From: Candidatus Levyibacteriota bacterium
GTDB lineage: Bacteria > Patescibacteriota > Microgenomatia > Levybacterales > UBA12049
Assembly: GCA_041906785.1 (NCBI GenBank)
Contig: JAYRIM010000012.1
Coordinates: 1 to 55,330 of the forward strand
Reading direction: 5' to 3'
Length of the DNA: 55,330 nt
Shown piece by piece: positions 45,793-54,750 of the stretch. The first letter of the stretch is position 1. Each line of letters opens with the position of its first letter. The notes below the pieces were generated by a model. That model searched no databases and was not told where the DNA came from. It saw nothing but the letters and a program-made list of their open reading frames with translations. A program made the translations under genes and the position numbers.

Positions 45793-46506
45793 TTATTGTA
45801 ATGGTCTATCGTTTCGCCGGTAAAAAACATAGCCTTCTTTATCAACAACATAATTATCAGTAACCATGCAATCCAATTTCCAGTGGGATTGATACGCATA
45901 GAAGGAAACCCTATCCTTAACTTGTTTTACAATTAATATATGTCCCCAAACCCCTCTTTTCGTCACCCCAATATCACCGGGTTGGATATCAGCAGCATTA
46001 CCATCGCCCTCAACTTTTTGATAAGTATAGTTGCCAGAGCGTAAAGAAATAGGATCTCCAGCAATAACACCGCTTGCATTACAATATGTACAGAAAGGAT
46101 TGGAGCTGGTGTCAATAAGCGTGACTACAGACTTAACATATCCAATACACTGTGAACATCCATCAGCAATAACGCTTGCGCGAGAACGCTCGAATGCATC
46201 AAGCTGTGTGCTTGTATAGTTATATTGAGAAAGCGATTGTCTCATACAAGATGCTAATGAATAGCTTTCTGTTGGCAAATAGAGACGAGTAGATCCAGAC
46301 GGTTTTCCACAGGTAACATATGCTTGTCTTATCCGATCTGCAGCTTCTGTAATAAGGGTTGCTCCTCCGGCACCGCATGCAGGAGATGGTTCTGTAGGAT
46401 TGCCAACTTTTGTTAAGATACAATTACTTTCTGAAATTTGCGCTATTGCAAGAGGAGGATTGAAAAAAATGTATAGTAATAAGAAGAGAGAAATAACCTT
46501 TTTCAT
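45793..46506 (-). CDS. Secreted CHAP-domain (Cys/His amidohydrolase-peptidase) cell-wall hydrolase candidate
   Basis: Signal peptide 'MKKVISLFLLLYIFFNPPLAIAQ', candidate catalytic Cys in 'CSQCIGYVK' and His in 'GVWGHILIVKQV'. Confidence 0.5.
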   Translation of the reverse strand: MKKVISLFLLLYIFFNPPLAIAQISESNCILTKVGNPTEPSPACGAGGATLITEAADRIRQAYVTCGKPSGSTRLYLPTESYSLASCMRQSLSQYNYTSTQLDAFERSRASVIADGCSQCIGYVKSVVTLIDTSSNPFCTYCNASGVIAGDPISLRSGNYTYQKVEGDGNAADIQPGDIGVTKRGVWGHILIVKQVKDRVSFYAYQSHWKLDCMVTDNYVVDKEGYVFYRRNDRPLQ

Positions 46507-46529
46507 ATCAGTTTTAGTATAGCAAATTT

Positions 46530-47078
46530 TTAGCACCCTTCTCCTAGGGGATTAAATGTTCTTGCATCTTCTCTGAGCGTTTGCGATATATCAAAGTTTA
46601 AATAAAACACAACAGGAAGTTCACAAATAGCTCTTTCGCTAAAGCCATTTCCTTTAAACCACGCAGCAACCTCTCTTTTTGCCGCTCCTACATCTACTGT
46701 TCTAATTTCAACCATAAAGAGATCTGCGCTTTTAACGTATTCGATTGCATAGGTGGGTGTCTCAGAAACAACCCCAGATTCTTTATTTAGGTTATTTATT
46801 ACTATTTGTTTTGCTTCTTGATCGCTTCTGGTTAAAGGAATTGGATTATCAAGCCTATCGGTTAACTTTTTCGTACCATCTTCATCATAAAACGGTGTCG
46901 GCTCAAGAGTGATCACCCCCGGGAACTGACCTTGGGGTTGTGTGGGTTGTTCACTTATTGATGGTGTTTCTTGCGGAGAGGGAGTTGGGGTCTTTAGAAA
47001 GAGAAATAAAGCCGCAACAAGAGGAAGGACAATGAGTAATGCCCGTTTTCGTAACAGAATAGTAAATAAGTTTTTCAT
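46530..47078 (-). CDS. Membrane-anchored small extracytoplasmic protein (VirB8/PrgL-like architecture, hypothetical)
   Basis: N-terminal TM helix (ALLIVLPLVAALFLFL), a PT-rich linker and a ~120-aa globular domain. The C-terminal 'YAIEYVKSADLFMVEIRTVDVGAAKREVAAWFKGNG' is paralogous to that of 45074-45787. Confidence 0.4.
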   Translation of the reverse strand: MKNLFTILLRKRALLIVLPLVAALFLFLKTPTPSPQETPSISEQPTQPQGQFPGVITLEPTPFYDEDGTKKLTDRLDNPIPLTRSDQEAKQIVINNLNKESGVVSETPTYAIEYVKSADLFMVEIRTVDVGAAKREVAAWFKGNGFSERAICELPVVFYLNFDISQTLREDARTFNPLGEGC

Positions 47079-47081
47079 ATG

Positions 47082-50000
47082 TTACTCTCCCCAATATTGC
47101 CTTGCACAAGCCCAGTACTGCCACTTCTTTCTGTTAGCGGCTAGAATGTCATTGTATTTCAGCATGTTATCTATTTGAGTATACCAAGGGACATCACCTT
47201 TATCATATCGTCCATTTTTGCCATCACACCCTGTGCCAGGAGCAGTTGTGCAGCTGCCCATTTGTCCGAGACCCCATGCACCTCCTTCGTCCGGTGTTCC
47301 AACTTCAGCATGGCCAGCATAGGCATTTGCATTAAAGCCGCTTTCACAAGGGACAATAACTGCAAACCATTTCAATACATCTCGGTTAGTTGCCCCAAGC
47401 TTTAGTTCAAGGAGAGAAAGAACTTTATCTTTATTGCTTTTAAAATCACATGCAGGGTCACCAAAATTTTTCCTGATTGGGTTTTTTAGTTCTGCATAGA
47501 ATCCCCCGCAAGTTTCTGAATTGGGAAGTTCGCCGATAGTACGGGTTTCTCTCCTTTGGGCACCAATTGCTGTGCCGACAGCCTTGTTTGCGATCCAGAG
47601 ATCTCGAGAAATCTTCATTCGAATGGTAATAGTTTGATTTTCAAATGTTCCAACAATATTCCCTGCATATTGTTGATAAATAGTTTTTGCACGGTTTGCA
47701 TAAGCCTGTAAATCATTTCTCCCCATGTTTTGCAGTGTTTGGGTCCAATTATTTGATGTTGAAATATCCAGAGCGATAGCTCGCGCAGTTTCAAAAGCAG
47801 CTATGTCAGGATCCATTAAAAGGATCGATACTGCCTGCTGAGCAGCGGAATCAGCATTCCGCGCAGCATATGTTAACTCAGCTACTGTTTGTGTCGGAAA
47901 AATGAATGGCTGACCCGCGGCATCCTTTATAGATCCAAGCGGTTGTTCTCCAGAAAGATCGACTACTCGCTGTCCAACCTCTCGAACCTTTTCTGCATTT
48001 CCGGCAGAATCCACTCCATAAACGTTTTCAAAATCGAAATTTAGAAACGTGTTGGCTTTACTAACCTGGATTCCATGAGCGACAATAAGTTGTCCTGAAG
48101 AAAACCCATTAGGACAACCTGTCTCAAAAGAGACCACCTGTGATCCGCATCTCATGTAATAAGGATTTCCATTGTTTTTCTCTATGGCGCCAGACCAAAT
48201 GACAGAAAGAAAAGGATCTGTATATTGCTGATCAATATTTGCGGAGAGATTTCTAAGTGCTGTTTGATATTTTGTGACTCTTCCTGCTAGTTCATTTAAT
48301 CGTCGTAAATCATCTGAAGAATACGTAGTGTCAGAATCTCCTGTGGGCGTGGGTAGAAAGTAAGGTGAGCGAGTATAAATAAGAAGATCCCTGCCTTGGG
48401 TCAGGGTTGGGGAAATTGTTCTGTTTGGTCGTTGCAGCTCTTTCAATGACCATTCAACAATTCTCACATCTCTTGGATTTGCGTTTGAACGCAAAGTATC
48501 ACCATTCTCATCAAGCTTCTTGAAAGGTGTAGTTGTACCATCTTCTACTACTTGAGCCCCTTCGGGAATGGGTTCATCAATAACCACATCTTCTGCGATA
48601 CCTTCATAGGAAACTCGTAGGGTATATTCAACAATAACATTGCTCCAGTCTTCTCTGGTGTGAGTAGGATCGTCTGGAAGGGGATCGGGAATTCTGGGAA
48701 TTTCGACAACAGTAGGGCCTTCTTTTACGATTTGAACTTTAGGAAGGGTTCGATCGTCAATGGTTTCGCGGCCTCGAAGTCCTGGTAGTAAACTGTTTGT
48801 CATATCTTGACCAAATACAAGTAATAACAGTAGTAAAATAATCACTACAACCAAGACTATTGGTCCCCATATCTCACTTGTTGCTGCTGCCTCTGCTGCT
48901 TCAGTTAAACCGCTAAAAAACTTTGCTATTTGTTGGGCTTTTCTTGAGTTTTGCGCAAATTGCCGAAGACGTTGAACATTTTGTCTTGCTTGTTGAGCGC
49001 GCTGCTTCATTTGGCGGGCTCTCTGCTGCGTTCTTCTTGCTCGCTCAGCAGGATTTGCTGAACCGGATCTGGTAGTTGGAGATTCAGCATCATCATCGTT
49101 TTCGCTCACATCGTCTCCGATGTCCTCGCCATCACCCAAGCCGCCTTCGCTAGCTGTATCGCCTTCTGAGAGGGGAGAGATTGGTGGGGCCGTTCTTGTA
49201 AACCTTACCGGAGCAGTGCTAGGTGGCGTTCCAAACATCTCGGTAAATTTTCTATCATAATCTGCTGAGTTACCAGCTGCTGATTCAGTTGGCGGGACAA
49301 GCGGCGGAGGTGTAAGAATTACGGATTCTGGTTCTGCTTCAGAAATGCTGGAGGATGCGGCGCTGTGCTCATCATAGGATCTTTGGATAGCAACATATCG
49401 CTCGTAATCTTCTGGGTGTTTTTCTTTAAATCGTTGTTCGACATCTTCTTTAGATATATCTACTTTCGCGCGTTGAATAACTTGTCCTTCAGGAATTCCA
49501 TTGCGCACTATAACTCGACGAACCTCAGGGTGCCATGTGCGGCCATATTGTTGTTGCAGTCTCTTCTTAGCATCTTTAATGAGGTCTGTTTCTATGTCGG
49601 CACCACGATGTCTTGTTTTCCCGTGCTCGTATTCTCCTAACATATATTCAGCAAGAGGAATGCGTAAGCCGCTGTCTCTGTCAGTATAATATTGGCCTCG
49701 ATATGTTCTATCTAATTCTTGTCGCTTTTCTGCTAAAAGCTGAACCTGGATGTTTTCAAATTCTTGCAGCCATTCTGTTTGTAGCTCTTCTTCGATGTCT
49801 CCGATCCTTTCATCTGCAAACATTTCTTGCATATATTCTCTAGGAGGCTCAGAGGGTTTTTCTTCAACAGATTTTACAGTTTCTGATGGTGGCTCTTTAG
49901 CTACCTCTTCTGTCCTTACTTCTTCAATAGTTTTTTCTCCTGTATCGACGGCTCTGGCAATTGTACCGATTTGTTCCTTATAGATTTCAGCTTTTGTTGG

Positions 50001-50735
50001 GTGACTATTTTGGAAGGAGGCAGCGGCCTTCGCCTTTTCAATGCTAAATTGATGCTCAATTTGTGTAGCGGTTGGCCTATCTCCTTGCGCAACTTGTCTA
50101 TCATACCAAGCACGTGTGCTCTCTTTCGCCTCAAGCATCGCTCCTAGATAAAGCGGGTCTTCTAGTGGATTGTTAAATCTGCGGTTCATCTCAGATTCCT
50201 CATGAACCTCTCGAAGTTCTGGATGTAAATTAAAAAATTCCTGTCGAGTTTCCTCCTCTAATTCAGAATGAACTTTTTTAAAAGGAAAAAGCTTATCGAC
50301 AGGATGGTCAGAATCAAACTCGAGATTTGTGCTATAGCGCTTCCATTCCGGGCTGTCTTTGCCGATTCCTAAGACTTTCTTTTTCTCTAGCCATTCACGT
50401 TCTTTTCGAGCCTTTATTTCTTTATACTTATCATGTTCCTCAAGTTTGAAAGCACCTTTCTGGGCTTTTTTTGGAGTTTTATATTCAGACAGTCTTTTAT
50501 GTTCAGGCTTTGGTAGTCGTTTGTTCTTCTCATCTGTACCCTCTTCTTGCTCTTGAGCCTCATCTTCCTTCTCTTCTTCAATTACTTCCCACAAAGAAAG
50601 AGGAATCTCTACATGATATCTTCGTCTTAAATCAGCTGTGATGCTTTGAAAGTCTTTAAAATCAACTGCTTCGAGAAGAACAGGATATTGTTCGAGTAGC
50701 TCTTCTAGTGTTATCGGTTTATTTGTATCATCCAT
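47082..50735 (-). CDS. Giant bitopic protein: charged cytoplasmic N-domain, one TM helix, extracytoplasmic region ending in a lytic-transglycosylase (SLT/VirB1-like) domain; PrgK-like
   Basis: TM helix 'IWGPIVLVVVIILLLLLLVFG' (about nt 48801-48875). The C-terminal 'VPCESGFNANAYAGH......GGAWGLGQMG' matches the SLT E-S...N...GL.Q pattern. The N-terminal ~600 aa are E/K/R-rich, with an R/Q-rich helix 'RARRTQQRARQMKQRAQQARQNVQRLRQ' just before the TM helix. Confidence 0.6.
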   Translation of the reverse strand: MDDTNKPITLEELLEQYPVLLEAVDFKDFQSITADLRRRYHVEIPLSLWEVIEEEKEDEAQEQEEGTDEKNKRLPKPEHKRLSEYKTPKKAQKGAFKLEEHDKYKEIKARKEREWLEKKKVLGIGKDSPEWKRYSTNLEFDSDHPVDKLFPFKKVHSELEEETRQEFFNLHPELREVHEESEMNRRFNNPLEDPLYLGAMLEAKESTRAWYDRQVAQGDRPTATQIEHQFSIEKAKAAASFQNSHPTKAEIYKEQIGTIARAVDTGEKTIEEVRTEEVAKEPPSETVKSVEEKPSEPPREYMQEMFADERIGDIEEELQTEWLQEFENIQVQLLAEKRQELDRTYRGQYYTDRDSGLRIPLAEYMLGEYEHGKTRHRGADIETDLIKDAKKRLQQQYGRTWHPEVRRVIVRNGIPEGQVIQRAKVDISKEDVEQRFKEKHPEDYERYVAIQRSYDEHSAASSSISEAEPESVILTPPPLVPPTESAAGNSADYDRKFTEMFGTPPSTAPVRFTRTAPPISPLSEGDTASEGGLGDGEDIGDDVSENDDDAESPTTRSGSANPAERARRTQQRARQMKQRAQQARQNVQRLRQFAQNSRKAQQIAKFFSGLTEAAEAAATSEIWGPIVLVVVIILLLLLLVFGQDMTNSLLPGLRGRETIDDRTLPKVQIVKEGPTVVEIPRIPDPLPDDPTHTREDWSNVIVEYTLRVSYEGIAEDVVIDEPIPEGAQVVEDGTTTPFKKLDENGDTLRSNANPRDVRIVEWSLKELQRPNRTISPTLTQGRDLLIYTRSPYFLPTPTGDSDTTYSSDDLRRLNELAGRVTKYQTALRNLSANIDQQYTDPFLSVIWSGAIEKNNGNPYYMRCGSQVVSFETGCPNGFSSGQLIVAHGIQVSKANTFLNFDFENVYGVDSAGNAEKVREVGQRVVDLSGEQPLGSIKDAAGQPFIFPTQTVAELTYAARNADSAAQQAVSILLMDPDIAAFETARAIALDISTSNNWTQTLQNMGRNDLQAYANRAKTIYQQYAGNIVGTFENQTITIRMKISRDLWIANKAVGTAIGAQRRETRTIGELPNSETCGGFYAELKNPIRKNFGDPACDFKSNKDKVLSLLELKLGATNRDVLKWFAVIVPCESGFNANAYAGHAEVGTPDEGGAWGLGQMGSCTTAPGTGCDGKNGRYDKGDVPWYTQIDNMLKYNDILAANRKKWQYWACARQYWGE

Positions 50736-50758
50736 AGTCTACCTTTATAGTAGCAGAA

Positions 50759-52855
50759 TTATGGTATAGGAGAAACATATGGAGATGCTCCTTTGTTCTC
50801 AGAAGTAGAAGTTGCAGCAGGTTGATTTTGCGCTGGTTGAGCAGCTTGCGGCTGTGTTGCAGCAGGTGTTGGCTGTGCTTGTGCTGGTTGTTGCGGCGCT
50901 TGCTGTGTTGCTTGATTAGTTGTCGGAGCTGGCTGTTGTGGTGGGACAGGCTCGACAGGTCTACTGACTGGTTGGGCAACCGTAGGCATAGGAGGCGGTT
51001 TTGGTGTTGATGGTTGTTGCTGTGGCTGTGCTCCTTGTTGTCTCTTTAACAATTCTTCTGGATTTGATGTAATCAGTTGGTATTCAAATGGAGCAGCAAT
51101 CACTTTCATCGCCACATGATTTTTCCCTGCGAAAAACAATCCTTCTCCGACATCTGCAGCGAGCAGTAATTCTCGTTCTCCCTCAGAAAGATAAAAGGTT
51201 TCGCCAACCATGTCTACTTCCGCTGTTCCTTGTTTCAATAATACTTGCAAGGATGAGTTTGTTAATACAGCTTTTCCATATTCATTTTTAAGAAAGTCTT
51301 CGACATCCTGTGTGGCTGTAGTTAGTCCCAGATAATATTTACGTGCGCGTTTTGCGAGTGAATAGACAAAGCTTGCAGAGTCTTGGTATTTCATCATGTA
51401 CCACGCCTCATCAAGAATTAGCAAACGGCGTTTTAATGACTTTTTTACCTTTGTCCATACAAAATCAAGAATAATATGCATAGCAATTGGTCGTAGTTCT
51501 TCCTCGAGATTGCGAATAGAGAAAATGGTAAGCGGATTTTTCAAGTCGAAGTTAGAGTGCTGATTGAAAATGCCAGAAGCAGACCCTTTAATAAACTTTT
51601 CTAACCTATATCCAAGGTTTTTAGCAACATTATTTTCCATACCCATTAATGTTTTGTAGAGGTCTTCCATAAGCGGGGGTTTATTTTTTTGGGTAGCAGG
51701 GTCAGGGGTAATGCCTTTTTGACGATATGTCTCGACCAGAGCAGAGTCTAGGATTGCATCTTGTTCAGCATCAAGCTGCCCCATGATTAATCTGAGTAAT
51801 CCATGCAGAGATAATATTTTTAAACCGAGCTCATTTTCTCCTTCTTCATAGACTTGTGATAAATCAAATGGGTTGATTTTGATTTGCGAACCTGAATAGA
51901 ACTCGACGACCTCACCTCCGAGCGTTTTCGTTAGCGTTGGATACTCACCTTCAGGGTCAATAACGATAACTTCTGTACCCATCATGAATTGGCGCATGAT
52001 TTCAAGCTTAATTAAGAAAGATTTTCCTGCGCCGGATTTCCCGAAAACAATCTCGTTTGCATTCTCAAGAGAGAATCGGTCAAAAATTATTAATGAGCCA
52101 TTTTGTTGGTTCATGCCATAGAGAACTCCCTTGTTTTGTGTCATAACCGCGCTTGTAAAAGGAAAGGTAGAGGCAAGTGAAGTGGTGTCCATGTTCCTTG
52201 TAATAAACAGCTTGTCTTGGGCAATGGGAATAGTTGATTTAAACCCTTCTTCCATCTGTAACGTAGCAACCTTACCTATTAAGAGAAGTGAGGCCAACTC
52301 TGTCTGCAGCTGTTTTGTTGCCTCTTGTAATTCAGCGACTGAATCTGAAGACAGTGTAATATAAAAGCTGAATTGAAAGAATCGTTCGACGCCTTTTGCT
52401 AATTCTTCCTGAAGTGCTAATGCGTCTTGCAAGCCTGCTTCGACTTTCGGATCAACAGGATGCCCAGCTTTCGTATCTGAAGAAATGGTAGCTTCCATTT
52501 CTGCTATTTTTCGTTTTAAATCACCAAGAACATCTGATGAAGATGTGGGATAACAGAACATTGAGATCTCCATGGTATGGTCATAATCAATAATCGGCTC
52601 AAGCCAATTAGGAGAAACGAAACGAGGATAGCCAGCGATAAAGAGGGTAGAATAATAACGCTCGCCAACCCGGATATACTTATAATCAACTTCGACTGAA
52701 GAGGGAGCGATAATATCCACAAGAGAAACCATTCCTTTTTCAAGCGCATGAAGTCCTTTCCCAGGTTGCGCTTTCGCTACAGGAGCGGTAGGTTGGGGTT
52801 GTCCGGGTTGTGGTTTTTGTTGACTGGGTTGTGATTTCTGAAATGGTAGTTTCAT
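50759..52855 (-). CDS. virB4: VirB4/TrbE/PrgJ-family type IV secretion ATPase with P/Q-rich N- and C-terminal tails
   Basis: Walker A 'FGKSGAGKSFL', Walker B 'RLLILDEAWYMM' and 'YLGLTTATQ'. The N-domain 'YYSTLFIAGYPRFVSPNWLEPII' fits VirB4. The ~110-aa C-terminal tail is almost entirely P/Q/A/T. Confidence 0.85.
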   Translation of the reverse strand: MKLPFQKSQPSQQKPQPGQPQPTAPVAKAQPGKGLHALEKGMVSLVDIIAPSSVEVDYKYIRVGERYYSTLFIAGYPRFVSPNWLEPIIDYDHTMEISMFCYPTSSSDVLGDLKRKIAEMEATISSDTKAGHPVDPKVEAGLQDALALQEELAKGVERFFQFSFYITLSSDSVAELQEATKQLQTELASLLLIGKVATLQMEEGFKSTIPIAQDKLFITRNMDTTSLASTFPFTSAVMTQNKGVLYGMNQQNGSLIIFDRFSLENANEIVFGKSGAGKSFLIKLEIMRQFMMGTEVIVIDPEGEYPTLTKTLGGEVVEFYSGSQIKINPFDLSQVYEEGENELGLKILSLHGLLRLIMGQLDAEQDAILDSALVETYRQKGITPDPATQKNKPPLMEDLYKTLMGMENNVAKNLGYRLEKFIKGSASGIFNQHSNFDLKNPLTIFSIRNLEEELRPIAMHIILDFVWTKVKKSLKRRLLILDEAWYMMKYQDSASFVYSLAKRARKYYLGLTTATQDVEDFLKNEYGKAVLTNSSLQVLLKQGTAEVDMVGETFYLSEGERELLLAADVGEGLFFAGKNHVAMKVIAAPFEYQLITSNPEELLKRQQGAQPQQQPSTPKPPPMPTVAQPVSRPVEPVPPQQPAPTTNQATQQAPQQPAQAQPTPAATQPQAAQPAQNQPAATSTSENKGASPYVSPIP

Positions 52856-53526
52856 GTTTTTTGTTCTTTAACGAATACAGATTTTAGGTTTTCCGCAATA
52901 TTTGCTGTATCAAACTCTCCTTCAGTATTTTCATTAAAAATATCATAGAACAATTTAATAAGTTCTTTTTTCTCCAATGTCTTTGTTGAGAGCGCGAATC
53001 TTCGTAGCTGTCCATGGACTGATTCTGCTTTTATGGTTAAAGCTTTTTTTGCATTCAAAAAAGCGATTTCTTTTGCTGACATGTTTTTCTGTCCTGGTAA
53101 AGAGCCAGCATTGCCTCCTTCGAGAGAAGAGTATGGAAGAATCACATAAAATGTCTTATTCAAGACGACATTGATTTTTACCATTTCATGAATAAATTCT
53201 CTATAAAGCATAATTTGCCTTGCAAGCATTGGATTTGCGGTTCTTTTCTCTTCTTCCTCAAGAATTTTAAGATAATTTGTTATATCAACGCGTTTATTTC
53301 GTATGAGAATTTGAACAGGAAACGTAAGTGAATTCAGAAACGCTGCATATGAATATATCTTGGTGTCTTTATCTCGTTGTGAGAGCAGTGCGAAATTGCT
53401 TGCAGTTATTTCTATAATAATACACGCGTTTCCACCTCGTAAAAGAACTATTTCGTCGACTATATCAACAATTTCAGTAAATTGTTGGGTTGTTGCATGT
53501 GCTTTCTGAGCAGGATTTAGTGCCAT
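52852..53526 (-). CDS. Soluble protein resembling a stand-alone VirB4 N-terminal domain (hypothetical T4SS component)
   Basis: 'IVDIVDEIVLLRGGNACIIIEITASNFALLSQRDKDTKIYSYAAFLNSLTFPVQILIRNKRVDITNYL' follows the pattern seen at the N-termini of VirB4-like ATPases. There is a 4-nt ATGA-type overlap with virB4. Confidence 0.35.
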   Translation of the reverse strand: MALNPAQKAHATTQQFTEIVDIVDEIVLLRGGNACIIIEITASNFALLSQRDKDTKIYSYAAFLNSLTFPVQILIRNKRVDITNYLKILEEEEKRTANPMLARQIMLYREFIHEMVKINVVLNKTFYVILPYSSLEGGNAGSLPGQKNMSAKEIAFLNAKKALTIKAESVHGQLRRFALSTKTLEKKELIKLFYDIFNENTEGEFDTANIAENLKSVFVKEQKT

Positions 53527-53531
53527 AAGTA

Positions 53532-54614
53532 TTAACCGAAAAGAGATTTACGTAACTCTTCGCGTGCGTCTACAGATATAATCTCTAGTGGCGCAAGTGC
53601 TGCACCATTTATCGTTAATGCCATAGGAGAAAATGTGTGTTGGCCCTTCGGATCCTCGAAGTTGATAGTATAAGTCCCATTTGGAAGCTGGGTGGCTGAT
53701 GCAAATTGTCCAAGGGCGTTTGTTTTAAATGCGCGAACTGACTCACCGTCTTTATTTTTAACTTCTACAAGAATCCCAGATAATATATTTCCCCGAGGAT
53801 CTTTAACTGTACCTGTAATAAGATTGGGGAAGTCTGGAAGCGTTTTGGGTTTCGCCATAGGAGCTGATGCTTGTGAAGGAGCAGCTACATGAGTGTAGGG
53901 AGTTGTTATTGGGGATTGAACTGTTTTAGGCGCAGGTTGTACAGGTAGTGTAGGCTTTGCTTGTTGAGTCTGTAGCGCTGTTACATTATTCTGTATAGTT
54001 ACAGGTTGCTGGGAAAGTTGTTGAGAAGGAAGAGACGACATTTGTTGAGAGGCTGTATGTAAGTCCGACTGTTGAGGAACTAATTTAACTACTTGTGGTG
54101 CTTGTCCGGCTGGCGTGGCTTGTGCTGTAAATAAAGCAGAGAGAAATTGGTTCTCTTTCTGATCGATTGAAGACTTTGGTTCATTCTCTAATGTATCTAA
54201 TAATGATGCCAGTTGTTCTTCTTTCTGGACATTATGTCGAGGTTTTCCTGTTTCAGTAGGCGAGGATTGGGTTTGTCCGATCACGGTTACTGGTTTTAGA
54301 TTAAGGTCTGTAAATGATAATTGCCCTCCTGATTTCTTATAAAAAAACTGATTGGGCTTAAGAAGTGCTTTAAAAAAGTTCGCTACCATTAAATCCATAG
54401 GTCTTCCTTCAAGCGGAAGAAATGCTATTGCTAGCCCTAAGAGTACTAAGGCAAATATTAAAGGAAATTTGATAAGAAAGGTTATCGGTAAGTAGTAGAC
54501 AATGACGGCAAGTAATACTCCTCCAGCCACATACATAAATTGCTTTATGGTCATGCTCCCAACAAGCTTAAACTGAAATCCTGTAACATCCTGGGGAATA
54601 GGGTGGTTCTCCAT
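53532..54614 (-). CDS. PrgI/VirB3-like membrane protein fused through a Q/P-rich linker to a carboxypeptidase-regulatory-like beta-sandwich domain
   Basis: N-terminus 'PIPQDVTGFQFKLVGSMTIKQFMYVAGGVLLAVIVYY' plus a second TM helix, the PrgI-family pattern. C-terminus 'ITGTVKDPRGNILSGILVEVKNKDGESVRAFKTNALGQFA...LPNGTYTINF', the CarboxypepD_reg pattern. Confidence 0.55.
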   Translation of the reverse strand: MENHPIPQDVTGFQFKLVGSMTIKQFMYVAGGVLLAVIVYYLPITFLIKFPLIFALVLLGLAIAFLPLEGRPMDLMVANFFKALLKPNQFFYKKSGGQLSFTDLNLKPVTVIGQTQSSPTETGKPRHNVQKEEQLASLLDTLENEPKSSIDQKENQFLSALFTAQATPAGQAPQVVKLVPQQSDLHTASQQMSSLPSQQLSQQPVTIQNNVTALQTQQAKPTLPVQPAPKTVQSPITTPYTHVAAPSQASAPMAKPKTLPDFPNLITGTVKDPRGNILSGILVEVKNKDGESVRAFKTNALGQFASATQLPNGTYTINFEDPKGQHTFSPMALTINGAALAPLEIISVDAREELRKSLFG

Positions 54615-54721
54615 ATAGAACAGGATATAACGTGAAAAATCCTATTGCAAGCTGATCAAAGTAGATCAAAAGAGGTAAAACTCTATGGTACTATGTGAAA
54701 AATTTGTTTATTACAATTGAG

Positions 54722-54739
54722 GCTAGCAAGCAAGCTAGC
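54722..54739 (-). terminator. Weak hairpin just downstream of the pilin-like gene
   Basis: gctagc-aagcaa-gctagc (6-bp GC-containing stem) lies 12 nt after the stop at 54751. No adjacent U-tract follows, so this is only a candidate attenuator or terminator. Confidence 0.25.
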
Positions 54740-54750
54740 TAGACCAGTTA

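Noticed and set aside
47838-47875. The short palindrome gcggaat-cagc-attccgc inside the giant T4SS gene as another inserted element
   Set aside because: It has only a 7-bp stem. The encoded 'NADSAAQQAVS' fits smoothly in the surrounding sequence, and there is no compositional break. It is probably fortuitous.
50728-51010. ORFs 50728-50979 (-) and 50822-51010 (+) within the virB4 3' region
   Set aside because: These are alternative-frame shadows of the G+C-rich P/Q-coding repeat. Their translations are low-complexity (L/Q/R/C-rich) and fully nested in virB4.
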